Origin: Bispira polyomma
Lineage: Eukaryota
DNA: 64,000 nucleotides
Reading direction: 5' to 3'
Assembly: GCA_965649765.1 (NCBI GenBank)
Contig: OZ287751.1
Coordinates: 92,132,001-92,196,000 of the forward strand
In this document: positions 9,878 through 23,300 of the stretch, in pieces
Layout of the letters: every line of letters starts with the position of its first letter
Numbering within the stretch: the first letter of the stretch is position 1
Notes under the pieces: model-generated
The model's input: the letters and a program-made list of their open reading frames with translations, nothing else
Databases searched by the model: none
What the model was told of the DNA's origin: nothing
Position numbers and translations under genes: made by a program

Positions 9878-12800
9878 TATTAAACAAAATAGTGAAATCT
9901 TTTTTTCAGTTTGGCACTATGGAACCTTGGTAAAGGTATGCGCTCTAATCGGTGTACTTCTAGTGTATCATTATTTTCTTTCCCATAGCCATCAATGGCT
10001 GTTCGTTTTATTGCAGGAGAATGCCATCAGCTTTCAAATAAGAAGTGACGGTATTCTCATGCTATACCATCAGTAGGGCCTGACTTTCATCCCCAAATAT
10101 GCCAGCAGGCTAATCTTGGAACTCGTAGGGAGCTGTGGTCTCAAATTTGGCCCAAAGACTGAGTCCAAGCCCTAGATGTGGCAAATTCTTTCTGTGTCAA
10201 TAAAACTAAGGAGTTTGTCAATATTAAGCTTTCTTTGAAATGGTGATGCCATATTGCGGAAGCTGATAGTGATCAGAATTATGAGATTACGTCATCTTTG
10301 GGTATTCCATCTTTGTGTATATATATATATATATATGTGATGTGCGGATGAAGGTTGTTTTGAGAGGTGTAAACAAACGTTGGTACAGCATTGTCATCTT
10401 GCTTCTGACTGGATAGAACTCTTTTTGACCAATGAAATTGCTTCATACCTAATAGACCTCAAAATCGTTAACAAAAATCAAAACAGTGACAGAGTCATGT
10501 ATTTTCGCCCCAATAATATGCAGTAAAAAATGTCTGCAAATTAAGTTCAATATTATTATATGAGGTGATAATCACACCTAATATGTTGTTATGCTTCTGG
10601 TGGTCGTTGCCATGGTAACAATTTGAAGACAACGTAATCTCAGAACTTATAAGGATTTCAACTTTCATATTTGGCATACATATTTTGTCTGTTTTAGTGA
10701 CGATCCATTTGTAATTTGGTGTTAATACAGCTAAAAATAAAGGAGAAACGGCCATTTTTCTGTTTAGGATGGTCAGATTTAATGAAGGGTCCATTACCGA
10801 CCATTTCTTCGGTTTATCACCATTTTACGTCTTCATCGAAATAATTAAGTGATCTCAACAGCTGTTTCATTGATGGATAATTTTTGTCGTTTTTGTGAAT
10901 GAAATTAGTGTACGGAGTAAGGACACATGATCTTCCGAACATGCGCTGTGACGCGATCGATATCCTCTTGCTTATTTATTCTCACGAAGACGCTAGACAG
11001 CCATTTTATATCCAAAAATGCCACATAGCCGCCACATTCTTATCTTATTAGAATTATACGAAAATGGCATTTTTAAAAGTGCTATTTAAGGTAATATTTT
11101 ATGAAATAGGTTTCTTCGGTGAGCAAAAATAAAAGACACGTTGACCGTTAACCAGTGACTAGTTCACTATTTTTTCGGGACTCCCTTTTTTTTATATACG
11201 CAGTAATTTGTGGGACGCTCCTGGTGTGACTCTGTTCTCATTGTCTTACCTGGTGTTTGGCAGATATCCAGACTTTCCCCACATCTTGGCTTAGATCTTG
11301 AGAAGGACTTGTCAGAGTAATTTAATACAGTAGAACCCTTCTTGTCAAACTGAATATTCCATTTCATGAACAGACATTTGCTTTCCAAATTTTATATTTT
11401 CTTATCCTTTTCTATTATATAAACCTTCTATTATCCGAAAAAAATTTTACTCTTCAAACAGGTTAAGATAGTAAAGGTTTTACTGTAAATATTCTTTAGA
11501 AGTTATAGATGTGCAGTAATGTTATTGTGTGACTTCATGTTGTGTGTTTATTTACCGTTGGTTGGTGGTTTACAGTGTTTCAGCACTGGCTTCCTCCACC
11601 ACTGACAGTAGCAACATGACCAAAGCTGTTGAAAGCGATAAAAGAACCCAAATATATTCAATTCATGTTGGTCCTTAACCATGGTATTATGATTTTGATA
11701 TTTAAAATGTCTGGACTTCCTTTGTAAGTGTTTAGGTTAGACTTAACATAATGTACCATCCAAGTACTAATAAGGTGAATATGGAGTGAAGAGATAAACT
11801 AGTCTGATGCCTTCTATTTCCTCTTCACTTGCTTACCTTTCACTTAGTTGCACTGTGACTATGTCACTCAATGAATGAGATTTCTTGTGTTGTCAAATCA
11901 ATAGAATATTTCCGATAGAAGTTAACAGCTTTTTTCCTGCTGTAAATATCGGTGTTGTGAAACAAACAACCTAGCTTTGTAAGCAACAAATATAATTATT
12001 ATAGTATAAAGTATGCAAGCAAATTTGATTGGAGGATTTCAAAATTGACTTTAAGGTTGACTTTTTTGGGAATGTTGTGTGTAGAATTTAAATGTAACCC
12101 TACAATTTTTTTGGCCTTTACTAGTGGAGCAGAATGTTCATATTTGGCGCAGTAATATATGTAACCTTGACACTGGGTTTGAATTGCATGAAAACATGTC
12201 GACTTTAAGTTGACCTTTAGTGGGTTTTTGTTGCATTACCTGTTTAAGTAGGATGTTGGTTATTATTATAATAATAGTTACGACCTTGACAAACAAGCTA
12301 TAAACAAACAAGTTATTGTATATCGACACAGTTGGACCCATTTAAGTCGAATCTCAAGGGACCAGAAGTGCCTCTACTTTGAGATTCACATTGAACAGGG
12401 TAGATTTTTTAAAAAACCTAAAATTTTCTTCACATAAAAGACAAATCGACCAAACAGAGTTATGCTTAATATAAATACCTAATACTTGGTGTGACTTTAT
12501 ATCAAATGTCTTTTGTGCCTACAGAAAGATATGGATCATTCAGTATGAATTCAATTTTCCAATTTCTGTGTCGGGACTATCTGTAGTGTCGAGGGACACA
12601 TTTCTAGTTCGTTATGATGTAAGGTTCCATCTCCCAGTTAAGATGATTGAAGCTTCTTGTTTCCACCCTGTAACTTAGGTTAATTGTTCTCTAGTTCATT
12701 GTGTATTAGTTAACATTTTAAAACATATCCAAATTGTCATTCTTGCTCTTACGGCAGAAAAGTAGTCACAGCAAAATGATAAGAAGCTTTTATAAGACTA

Positions 12801-14573
12801 TACTTGAGTTAAACTGAGCAGTTTGTGGCTTCTTGTTTCCATTCTTGTAGGCCCCTACTATATTTATTGTGGTAATAGAATAAAATAATGAGAATTGAAC
12901 AATGGAATAAATTTTAAGCATAGAACAATCAATAATCCAAAAATGGCAAAACTGGGAACGGCCTCAAAGGCAAACATATATGGCTGCATAATTTGTTTTA
13001 AAGAAATAAGCAGGGTTTTTCCCCCCCAAAAAAACAGTTGTTAAACAAAATGGAAGTATACTGTAAGACTATATCATATTGTCTATAGAAGAATAAGAAA
13101 AATTTCAGTGATTTTTCAACAATAAAGGTGGCAAATGAAATCCAATTTTATGTTCAACCTTTCTTTTAAATGAAAAAAAAAAATGCATCGATTACAACTT
13201 AAAAAAATATCTGATCAACTTTTAAACTGTATTAGTTAATTATTTATTTACTAATGACGATTTTACAGAGAGTTCGTTATATTTGTTTCTATGATGATCC
13301 CAGTTCTAACATTACACGCTTAGACAAGGCACATGAAAATCTGCCAGTTTCACATTTTATACCGCTTGCAATTCTCAATCATGTCTTTCCTGCTCAAGGC
13401 ACCTATTTACATTTTTATATTACAAGTAAAAAAAGAGAGACCTGTGGGGTGTGAATTATTCTTACCACAGAGGAGGTATCACTTCATTGTGTGTGTTAGG
13501 CCCGAGTTAGGGAGAAGCATAAAACTGTGTATTGTGGGCTGAGGTCGGGGGGTGGGGGGGGGGGGGGGGGGAGTAGAGAGAAAAATTGCCCACATCTCAT
13601 GCAGTGAGGTTCAATAGGAAAAATCTATCAATAGGAGTTATTCTTCACAGTTTGTATCAATGGGTAACAAGCCTTCATACTGTGCAGTTTTGTGTGTGTT
13701 ATTATTGACTTCGCAGGGACAGAGAGAGGAAAAAAATATCACACCCCAAATTAAACACTTAACACCTGTATGTGCTGCATATATTAATGTGGTCTGACTT
13801 TGTGTTAAGGACAGCCTTCTCCAGAGAAGAGCTCTAGGGTTTTTATAGTTGGTGTTGCTTTTCTTCTAGAAGTGGTGAGAGTGGGTGTACAGCATCTATT
13901 GTTCAAGGACGAAAAGATGCCCATTAAGAGAGAAAACCCTTGCTGGAGTATACAGGTAGCAAAATGGACAATGGTCACTGGATAGGTGTAATAAGGTTTT
14001 TCGCCCTCATTATCAGCTGTGCTCATTGATTGAAAAGCTTGCTAATGAGGAATGGGCTTCAATAGGACTTGCTTGTCAAAGCAAGGGGGTTTTTAAGACC
14101 CTGGCAGTTCATAAATGGATAAAAGGTGACACCAACATTTGATAGCAACCGGTCTTGTGTCTGTTATATTAGCCTCCCCACTGGGGACTTATAGGGAGGA
14201 GTGGATAGATAAGGGTTGAGTTTACAAGAAAGTGAGACACAGTCTGTTTGTTAGTCTTTGGTTTTCAATAACTTATTGGATGGATCAACCAGGTATAGGC
14301 GACTGGGAAACTGTCACCTATTGTTTCTGATTGTAATATGTATGTATAACTCGAGAAACGTGAAGATGTTAATTAATCAAAACAGTAGCACATACGCATG
14401 ACAATGATGTGGTTTGTACATAACAGTCTAGAAAACATATTTAAAATATGAGAGCTAGAAACAGCAAAAAAATCAGTGAGGAAGTGTTGTAATATTTTCT
14501 TTAGCAAACAGATCCAGGTGTAACAATAAGTCTGTAAACAGTTATATATTGAGCTCAAATCGTAATACATACA

Positions 14574-15699
14574 ATGGATAAAGGTACAGTAAAAGAGTAT
14601 AGTAAGAAACGTGAAAAAGGCATCGCCAAAACAAATGGGTCACATCCGCAGAGAGATCAAGGTACTACTAAATATCAGCCAGAGGAAGATCTTGAGAAAA
14701 GAACTAGAAAAGTTTGCATTGAAGTTCATGCTTGTGAGGATGGTAGGAATCCTCGAAAGGATCAAGGTACACGGAAAGTTCATGCTGCAAAGTATGACCA
14801 AGATGAAGGGAATAACCACGCAGCTATGGACAATGTACATGGCACAGATAACAAGACTCCAAGAGAATATGATACTGAAAGTCATGAGAAGCACTCTCAA
14901 AAAGAGGTGGTTGCTTCCATGCCACCAGCATCATGTATTGACAGAGACAGTAGAACAAGAAGAAACTCCAGGTTACTAGAAATGTCATCCGCTACAGGTT
15001 CTTCCTCTTCTACGACTTCTTCTGCCAGTACGGAGGGATATTCCGGAGCCAGGCCTAGACTACCGTCCTGCCTTAGGGTGAGGAAGGAAGTGGCCTGTTC
15101 TGATTCCGAACAGATCCAGAAGCTGACTCATGCGAGAAGGTCAGGAGTGGTGTTAATGATGAAGACACAGAGTCACTCCATCGATGTGGCTCTGCTAGGA
15201 TCTGACAGGAGGTCATCTAGTGGAGACAAGAGAAGGAGTAGAGACCACTCCAGGGAGTTTAGGCAGGATCATGGGAACGATACCAGCCACCAGACCAGGA
15301 AACAGATCAGTAAAGAAATTCAGGATAGAACTCAATGTGAGGCAAATGACCACAGAATACAATCTAGTGGTAATGGTCAGAAACCGCAGACTCTTGAGCA
15401 ATCGAATCAAAACAGAGAAACAAGAAGAGTGAAGTTCAGCAGCTCGCAGCCAGCCTTGGCATCTGGTATGTCCCTGGATATGTCTGCCAACGAGGGTCTG
15501 ATGAGGCCTAGGTCTCAGAGCCTTGCAGAAGGTTTTGATGACAATGCCCCTCGACTGGTGTTTGTAGGAGATCAGTATGTAGGAAAGACTGCATTGATTA
15601 CCAGGTTTACCCAGGGTTTATTTAACAGGGGGCAGCAGTCACATCAAATGGCATCCAAAGTGATTAAGTATTCAAAAAGTGTCTTTCATAAGCGATTAG
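14574..15699 (+). CDS. Atypical Rab-like GTPase, large first coding exon: long low-complexity N-terminus plus P-loop
   Basis: Long open frame ending in RLVFVGDQYVGKTALITRF (G1 box), strong donor AG|GTAAGT at 15700, phase 1. The true start may be a downstream Met such as MSSATGSSS. Confidence 0.85.
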
Positions 15700-16329
15700 G
15701 TAAGTACATATATTCATAGTTTGTTTAATCTTTTAAATAATTCTCACTACCTACAGTAGAACCTCTGTTATCTGAACATGTTAAAAGAGCAAGGTTTTGT
15801 TTGTATGGATAATAAAAGATTTATAAAATAGATGAGGAATTTCTTGTATAAAACAACAGGAAAATACAAATTTGTGAGAAGTGGAATTATGTTCATTGAA
15901 TCGATTATTGAGATATTCCGATAACTAAGGTTGTGCTGTCGTACCAGTTTGTGGTTACCTTTAATAAAATAGTGAACAGTTGAATCATACCTTAAAACTA
16001 TACAGTATTTTTTCAAACAGTAATTGCCAATAACCTACTCAAGTAACAGTTAAAACGATAATAGGTATATTCACCTAATTTGTTTTAGCTGAATTGTTTC
16101 CTTTGTTTATCATTCTCTGTTTACTTGTGCACATCAAGTGGAACAGGTGGGGATTCTGGAGAATTCTGAAAAATAGATTGCATCAATGAATAATGGCGAA
16201 ATTATCCAGGTCTCGTGTAACAACTTATAACCTTAATAAAAAAACATTGATTTCAGAGCAGTACATTTTAGTGATTTTCAGCAGTCGGGGTTCTTACTGC
16301 GTAGCATTACCTGTATCAACAGGTAGTTG

Positions 16330-17370
16330 TACGGGGGGCCCTGGACTGACATAGCAAGGGGTGTGATTTTTTTAGAAATATTGTTATCTCAAGATAGCAA
16401 ATCGTTATGTCAAGACAGTAAGTTGTTATCTCAAAATAGTAAGTCGTTACCTGAAGACAGTCAAGTATTTTGTTACCTAAAGATTGTAAGTTGTTGCCTC
16501 AAGATAGTAAGTCATTACCTGAAGATAGATAGTTTTTACCTCAAGATAGGAGGTCGTTTCCTCAAGATAAAAAGTGGTTCTCAAAAAATAATTTGAGGAA
16601 ACAAGATACTATTTCGAGGTAGCAGTATACTAGTTTAAGGTAGCAATATACTATCTTAAGGTAATAATATACTATCTTAAGGTTACAAGATACTATCTTA
16701 AAGTAACAATACTATCTTGAGGTAATAAGTTCTTTTTAAATAGCTTGTATGCATGCTGTAACTTTAGTGAGTTCTATTACTGTGTGTCTGTAAGGTAAGA
16801 ATCTGTAAAAGAAAAAAAAAGACACCTGGAAAAAAGATATATCTTTTATAATTTTCACAGTTAGAAACCCAAGGCAAGTTCTGTAGTCCTACGAAGGCAT
16901 TTTCTTTTAAAATCTTCCCTGTTAAGTAGAAATCCTGCTTAAGTATTTTTCCTGGTCCATTAAGGTTAGATTTAAATGGGTTAAACTGTAATAATCAAAT
17001 ATGTACTTTACATGATTGTTTATACAAACAGATAAGGCCTTTCCATGCACTGTAAGGAATATGGGGATGTGTCACATGTCACGTACACACATCTTATGTG
17101 GTAATGATTTATTATTATCTTGAGATAACAACTTTCTATCTTGAGGAACAAGAGATTATCTTGAGATAACGACTTTCTATCTTGAGGTAACAAGAGACTA
17201 TCTTGAGGTAACGACTTTCTATGTTGAGGTAACAAGAGATTATCTTGAGATAACGACTTTCTATGTTGAGGTAACAAGAGATTATCTTGAGGTAACGACT
17301 TTCTATCTTGAGGTAACAAGATTAAAAAAAACATCTCATCCCCTTGCTATGTCACATTAGGGACTCTGTA
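16330..17370. mobile_element. Foldback-like non-autonomous DNA element with inverted arrays of ~21-bp tandem repeats
   Basis: Ends tgacatagcaagggg..tttttt / aaaaaa..ccccttgctatgtca with TA flanks. Left arm has (gttatctcaagatagtaagtc)n; right arm has the complementary (actatcttgaggtaac)n. Confidence 0.8.
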
Positions 17371-20300
17371 TAATTATGATGTGTACATACAGAGACAATA
17401 GACGAGGCTCCAACATGAATTTGGTAAAAGTGAAAATAAGTTTATAAAATTGGATAATTGAAAAACAGAAGTTTGAATAACAGAGGTTCTGCTCTGTATA
17501 TCATGTGCTGCTAGTATAAGAATGACAGTTGAAATATTTAATGCCTCACTAAGTACATCCTGTTATTATTTGGGTGTGTGAGGTAATTCTCTTTGAGTTG
17601 TGAACAAGTTTTTATCAGATCAATTAAAGTTTTTGTTCTTGTCCAGGGTGTTGCTCTAGTTTCTGGAGAATCTGTTCATACATCATAAACTTCTAGCCCT
17701 CCAAAACCCTCTTCTATTTGCCCCTGTAACAAAATGGATACCTATCAGCAACTCCCATCACGAACTGGTGTTATCAGCTGAATCTCTGACCCTTAGTTTC
17801 ACTGAAATATTAAACATGTCAAGGTAACTCAGGTGGTCATTAGGACCACAAGATTACCTTTGTTACAGCAACGCACTTTTCCAAACTTTGATCAAATTAA
17901 GAGACATATTTCACACCAGTTGGTAATAATTTGTATGGAAATGGGTAAATTCTGTGTTAGTTATTTATAACGTATTATTACTATTTCTCTAGGATTTAGC
18001 ACATGCCATTTAATGATTTCTCCCCCAAAAAAACTCTAGCAAAAACAAACAAACAGACAAATAGACACGGGGGTGAATACATAACTACCTTGGCCTAGTA
18101 GGTAACAAGGGGTGGATATGAGGGTTAATGAACTCCATGTCTGTACATAGACTGTTTACTGTGCTGAGATGACTTCGGAAGCCATCTGCAAATCCTATTT
18201 AATTAAAGGTAGCTGTATCCAGAGTTATAGAGAATCCAGATTTGAGTTAAGTATGAGTTTGAGCTGAGTATACATTCGAGGATACCGGCTCTGGGGCCTT
18301 ATTTACAAAACCTCTTCTTTGTCTTAACTTAGTCTTATTCTTAAGATTTTGGTGTTTGATTTTTGGTCGAAAATGTTTAAGATTTTTGTCTTTAAAAGTC
18401 CCAGTGACGATAATAAAAAAATTCTTTGTTTAGTGTTAACTTTGCTCTTTACACAAAAGACTAACAACAGGCAGTCTTTAAATATTTTATAGACATACAT
18501 GGACATGTTAAGTATAAGACTAATTAAGTTACGATAAAGCCCTTTTGTGCATACGGCACCTGTGTATGGAAAGCGTCTGTAAGTGTGACCATTCATTTTA
18601 ATAGAGCTTTCAGTGCTGAATTCATATATGAAGTCAGATTTTACTTTACGTCACTCCAGGCAGACATGAAGTGACCACCTTACATTTGACCTTCAGTGTG
18701 GGGTTTAAAGCTTGAGCTATTACATATGGCAAATATTAGGCCACAGGTCCCCGGAGGTTGTTCAGCTTATAGAGGTTGCTGCTAATGATATCTTTGAAGT
18801 CTGATGAGGTAGACAAAAAGACAATAACTGTGTAATTCAAAGGCTCGGTTTAAATAAAGTACATGTATTTCTTTTAATAAAGGACATGCTATCATTATCT
18901 GCACACAATTAAGAAGCTGCTACTTCTCTTTTGTAAAATAATGTTCGTGTCATAAGTGACTGGCAATTAAATGAATACACATGTAGTATAAAGTCAGGAA
19001 TCGAAACTTCGCCACTCTATCTGAAATTCGCCACCTTGAAATATTGTGTTTTTAGTGGAATTGTGGGTAATATTTGCTGAGATTGAGATTTTTGTGACTA
19101 TTTTGCGATTACTTACCTAAATTCCAGTTATTTTTTGCCAATTTCTATCGATATGGCTTCAATTTAAGGGGATATCGAATTTCAGATACAGTGGCAAATT
19201 TTCGATTCCTTACTCTAATATCAAACAAAAAAACAACAACTCTGACATGGCAACTATACTGTCTACAGTTCGCTAAAGTCAGCTTTCAGGACTAATTAGC
19301 AAAGCAAATTATGGTAGCTTTTGTAACTATGAAGCTGTACAGTGTAGACACTTATTGAGGTTTCTTAAAGATAGCAAATGACTGCCAGCTAACAGTTGAA
19401 CGTTATTTAATTAATGCTTGGTGATCATCTATACTGCCCGCTGACAGTGTGGTCATTCTGAAATCATCATATGAACCGCTTGTGTATAGAATAGTAAGAG
19501 ACGGAGCACAGACAGGGGTCAAATAATAAAAGAAATAAAGTCTTTAGTTGACAAATCTCTTGTTGATAATATATTGAGTTAAGTTAAAGGTTACTTATGT
19601 TACCGCTTACATGATGAGAACTGTCCGAACGATAAAAATAATATTTAGGACAATCCTGTTAACAAAAGAGTATTGAGATTGAAATTATTAAAATATTCTG
19701 TCAATCTTTATTCATTCTGTATAATAAGTTGGAATTTATTACAAGTAGTAAAAAAATATTACATGTACTAGTAAAAATTATATCATTTAGCTTTTATGTA
19801 GTTTTATGGCCAATAGTAAAACATAATTCCAGTGAATTCCGAAGAAATTAAAAATTAGAGTTATTTTTATACTATAAATTAATTAAGCAAAACTAAGCTG
19901 ACCTTTCAACAAAATATTATTGTGAAAGATGTATCTTTGTGGTCATGTAAATGTGATGGAATATGTAAATGTAATGAAGTATATGAACGCAAACAATGAA
20001 CTCTGTTGTGTTGCTGATGTCACTGTACACCTGAGGAATGACTAGTAAACATTTAAAAAAAAAATAAATAAAAACATAAAAATAACCTAACATGAATGGT
20101 AACCTGCAGAATGATCTCAGTTTCACTAAAATGAATAGCATTAAATGATCAATTAAAAAATATGATAAGCATTCGGAAACGTAGAAAAAATGCTTAGATA
20201 AACAATGTAAAAAAGGGAAGCCTGTAATTGCTGCTGGTAAAAAATGAGCTACTGGCTTTTTATAGCGGTTATAGAGTATCCTGCAATATGGTCAAAATCA

Positions 20301-23300
20301 GTTAAGTGAATTAGCCTAGAAGTACACTTTGATAATATCTCATGGAAAAGTTTGAAAGACAATTTTTTGGGGGGGTTTGTTTATGTCAATTGAAGTATGT
20401 CATCCAGTAGTACAGATAAAACAATTGATGTCTATACAGAATAAAAATGGAAACAACAAGTTATAATATTAGACAGAGGTTGAACTCTGTTAAGTCAATA
20501 TCTCTTTTATGTGGAGAAAATTCTGTAGTCCCACAAGTTAAAGCCTTTTCTTTTAAAATCTTCACTGTTAAGTAGAATAAATCCTGCTTAAGTAGAGGTA
20601 TTGTTCCAAGTCCCTTAGGGTTTGACTCAAACTAGGGTTAAACTGTATTAAGCAAATGTGCAGTTTACACGATTGTTTATATAAACTGCTAGGCCCTTTC
20701 CATGCACTGCAAGGAATATAGGAAGATGTCACATGACTTTTGTCACGTACACACAGCTCATGTGATAAGTCTTTAGCCAATTAGCACTGAGCCCCTGAAA
20801 CACCTCTGCACTCTCCTCCCCCCACAAAGGGATTAATAGCAAGGCACAAATATGTGATACAATATCTGCACACAAATAAATCTTTCTCCCTTTGTCAAGA
20901 TGACTAAAGTAAATGATCCCAAACCAATTTGTGCTGTTCTATTTTAAAGACACTAAGGGAGAGAGTCTACTTATTATTTTTAGCGTTAGTGTTAGTAATG
21001 AACAGTTGGTTTGCAATTTACTTACAAAATTTGTTAGCCAAAATGATATTTTAATTGAACAATTTAACGATTGAGTAAAAAAGTCATGTTGTGAAGGTGA
21101 TTTAAGCCTTTGGCTTAAATTAAACATGAAATTTTTATAAAATTATTATCTTCTCATTTATTTTTATTTCTTCTATGGCAACCTAAAGGTCACGTTCCTC
21201 TTTATACTTACACCCCAATCAATTACTTCTGCACTTGTGCAATAGGGTTGGCAACTGGCACTCTTCTGCTACCACTTCTTCAAATGTTGGCTTTAGAAGG
21301 TATCTGTTGACTTTGTGTAAAACTGGTGGCTTGTCTGCTACCAACTCTTACAAAGACTGAAATCATTATCTTAGGGTTTTGAAATCATTTTAATTTGCTT
21401 TGAAATGGCATTCTGTATAGGTTGGGGTCCTCCATGTTGAATGACTGAGAAACTGCACTCTAATTTCAAAGAGTGAACAATGACATGGTTTTTAATTAAG
21501 CTACTGAAATTACATGTCAACCAGGTTTTTAATGTTAATATAATCTACATATTCCTAATTATACTAAGTATACCCTATTTAAAAATACATTTTTTTTTTC
21601 AATAGTAAAATTCTAAGGTGAACTTTAATTCTGATACCTGGCCGATTTTGCTTTCGAATCCGTCATCCGATGTCCGACATTCAACATCTCAATTTGCAAG
21701 TACATCCGAAAAACTGGCAGATTTTTCTAGTTTTATATTTAAAAAAAAACACAAATTAAAATTTAAAAAACAAAGCAAAAAAAAAAAAACCCAATGAAAT
21801 TCACTTCATATTCTCGTCCATCATCCGTTGGCCAGGTGTATTTTACTTATTGACTTTGGGTGACGGATTCGGAAGCAAAATTGGCCAGGTATATTCCATC
21901 ACCCAAAATGGATGCTTGTGAAATAATCTTTGGTCCAATTGTTTTTTGAGGAAAATATAAAAAATACCACATTTTCAGAATCAAGGTTTTGTGAGAAGAG
22001 GTCTTTGTTGTTTTAATTTTCTGTCTCTTTCTGATTAATGGACCACTGCCTGATCTAATCAGATATCAATTAGGCACAACAGGTAAAGAAATGAATCTTT
22101 TACAAACCAATAGGTGATTAATTGCCAAATGACTTTGAGACCATGGTCTCATATTGTCATAATACATTATAGCTCAGACTTACCTCTAATAATGAAGGCC
22201 TCTTTATAAAAGTCCTTGTATTAGGAAAATTGAAACTCTATACACACACCAAGCTTCACTTCGACAAGAGTTGTCTTTTAAAAAAGACAGGCGCACGATG
22301 TGAAATACACTAACGTTGATATGGCCACTATATACTCAGGCAAATCTGACATCCCCTCAGCTGTGCCTGATAATAATAATCTGACCCCCCCCCCCCCCTC
22401 CTCAGTTTGGACTAGACTGGACTGCTTCCAACCAATCCATGAAGACCTTACATATTAATAAGATGGCGTTGCCCTTTTCAGAATGAGCATTTGGCACCAA
22501 ATTAAATTATGCAGTCAGACAGGTGTCTGGGTATGACCAGTTATCAATGTATCCAAGGCTCTTTGGGCTGACAGATGGGGATATGACCAAAATAATAAAA
22601 GATCGCCATTTTAAGTGGCACTATATATTTTTACTCGTATATCTGTCTGTACTTAAGACCCACATGCTGTGATTTGAACCCAGGTATTGACAATACATTG
22701 TAAGTGTTATAGTGTCAGATTTATAAACCCTTTATTCAAAGAGTCATCAACGTTTTTAAACTTTTCACACATATCTAATAAAAGTCTGTTTTTGGTGTTA
22801 TGCTTTCGATGTTGGTATTTCTCAAGTATTAATACAATTATATATTTCACTGATTTCAAAGATTACAAGATTAATAAACAATATGTCTAATATACACTGT
22901 TTTATATGAAGCAGTTAAATAGTTCATTTGCAATACATGAAAAATTAAGTTTCATTAAAATTCACAAAGCATATGCTCAGTTTCAAGGGCAGTGTAGTTT
23001 TACAGTAGTTAGTAAGGTCATTCTCATTATAATTAAGGCAATTTGTCAGATTTTCCAAGGGTATTAATATATATTAGAGTGATTTATGTATTTGACAGTC
23101 AGCATTGTACAAAGGTCTAGCCACAAGGTACTCTTTTTACATCTGTATCTACTGCTGGTAATTTGATTTTCAGTTGACAATGAAACAATAGAGTTTCTGA
23201 AAAAAACAACTAAAAAAGGCGAGATTAAATCCAAAAAGTCCGCTTAACTCCAATATTAGAGATTATTCTAAGTAAAATTTATATATTTAAAATCCTCGCT

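Noticed and set aside
14611-14979. 122-aa overlapping ORF in the +1 frame of the Rab-like exon
   Set aside because: Non-ATG start, no recognisable motif; most likely a shadow of the purine-rich main frame.
16327-17334. Repetitive ORFs (LLSQDSKSL...)
   Set aside because: Translations of the 21-bp tandem repeats of the foldback-like element.
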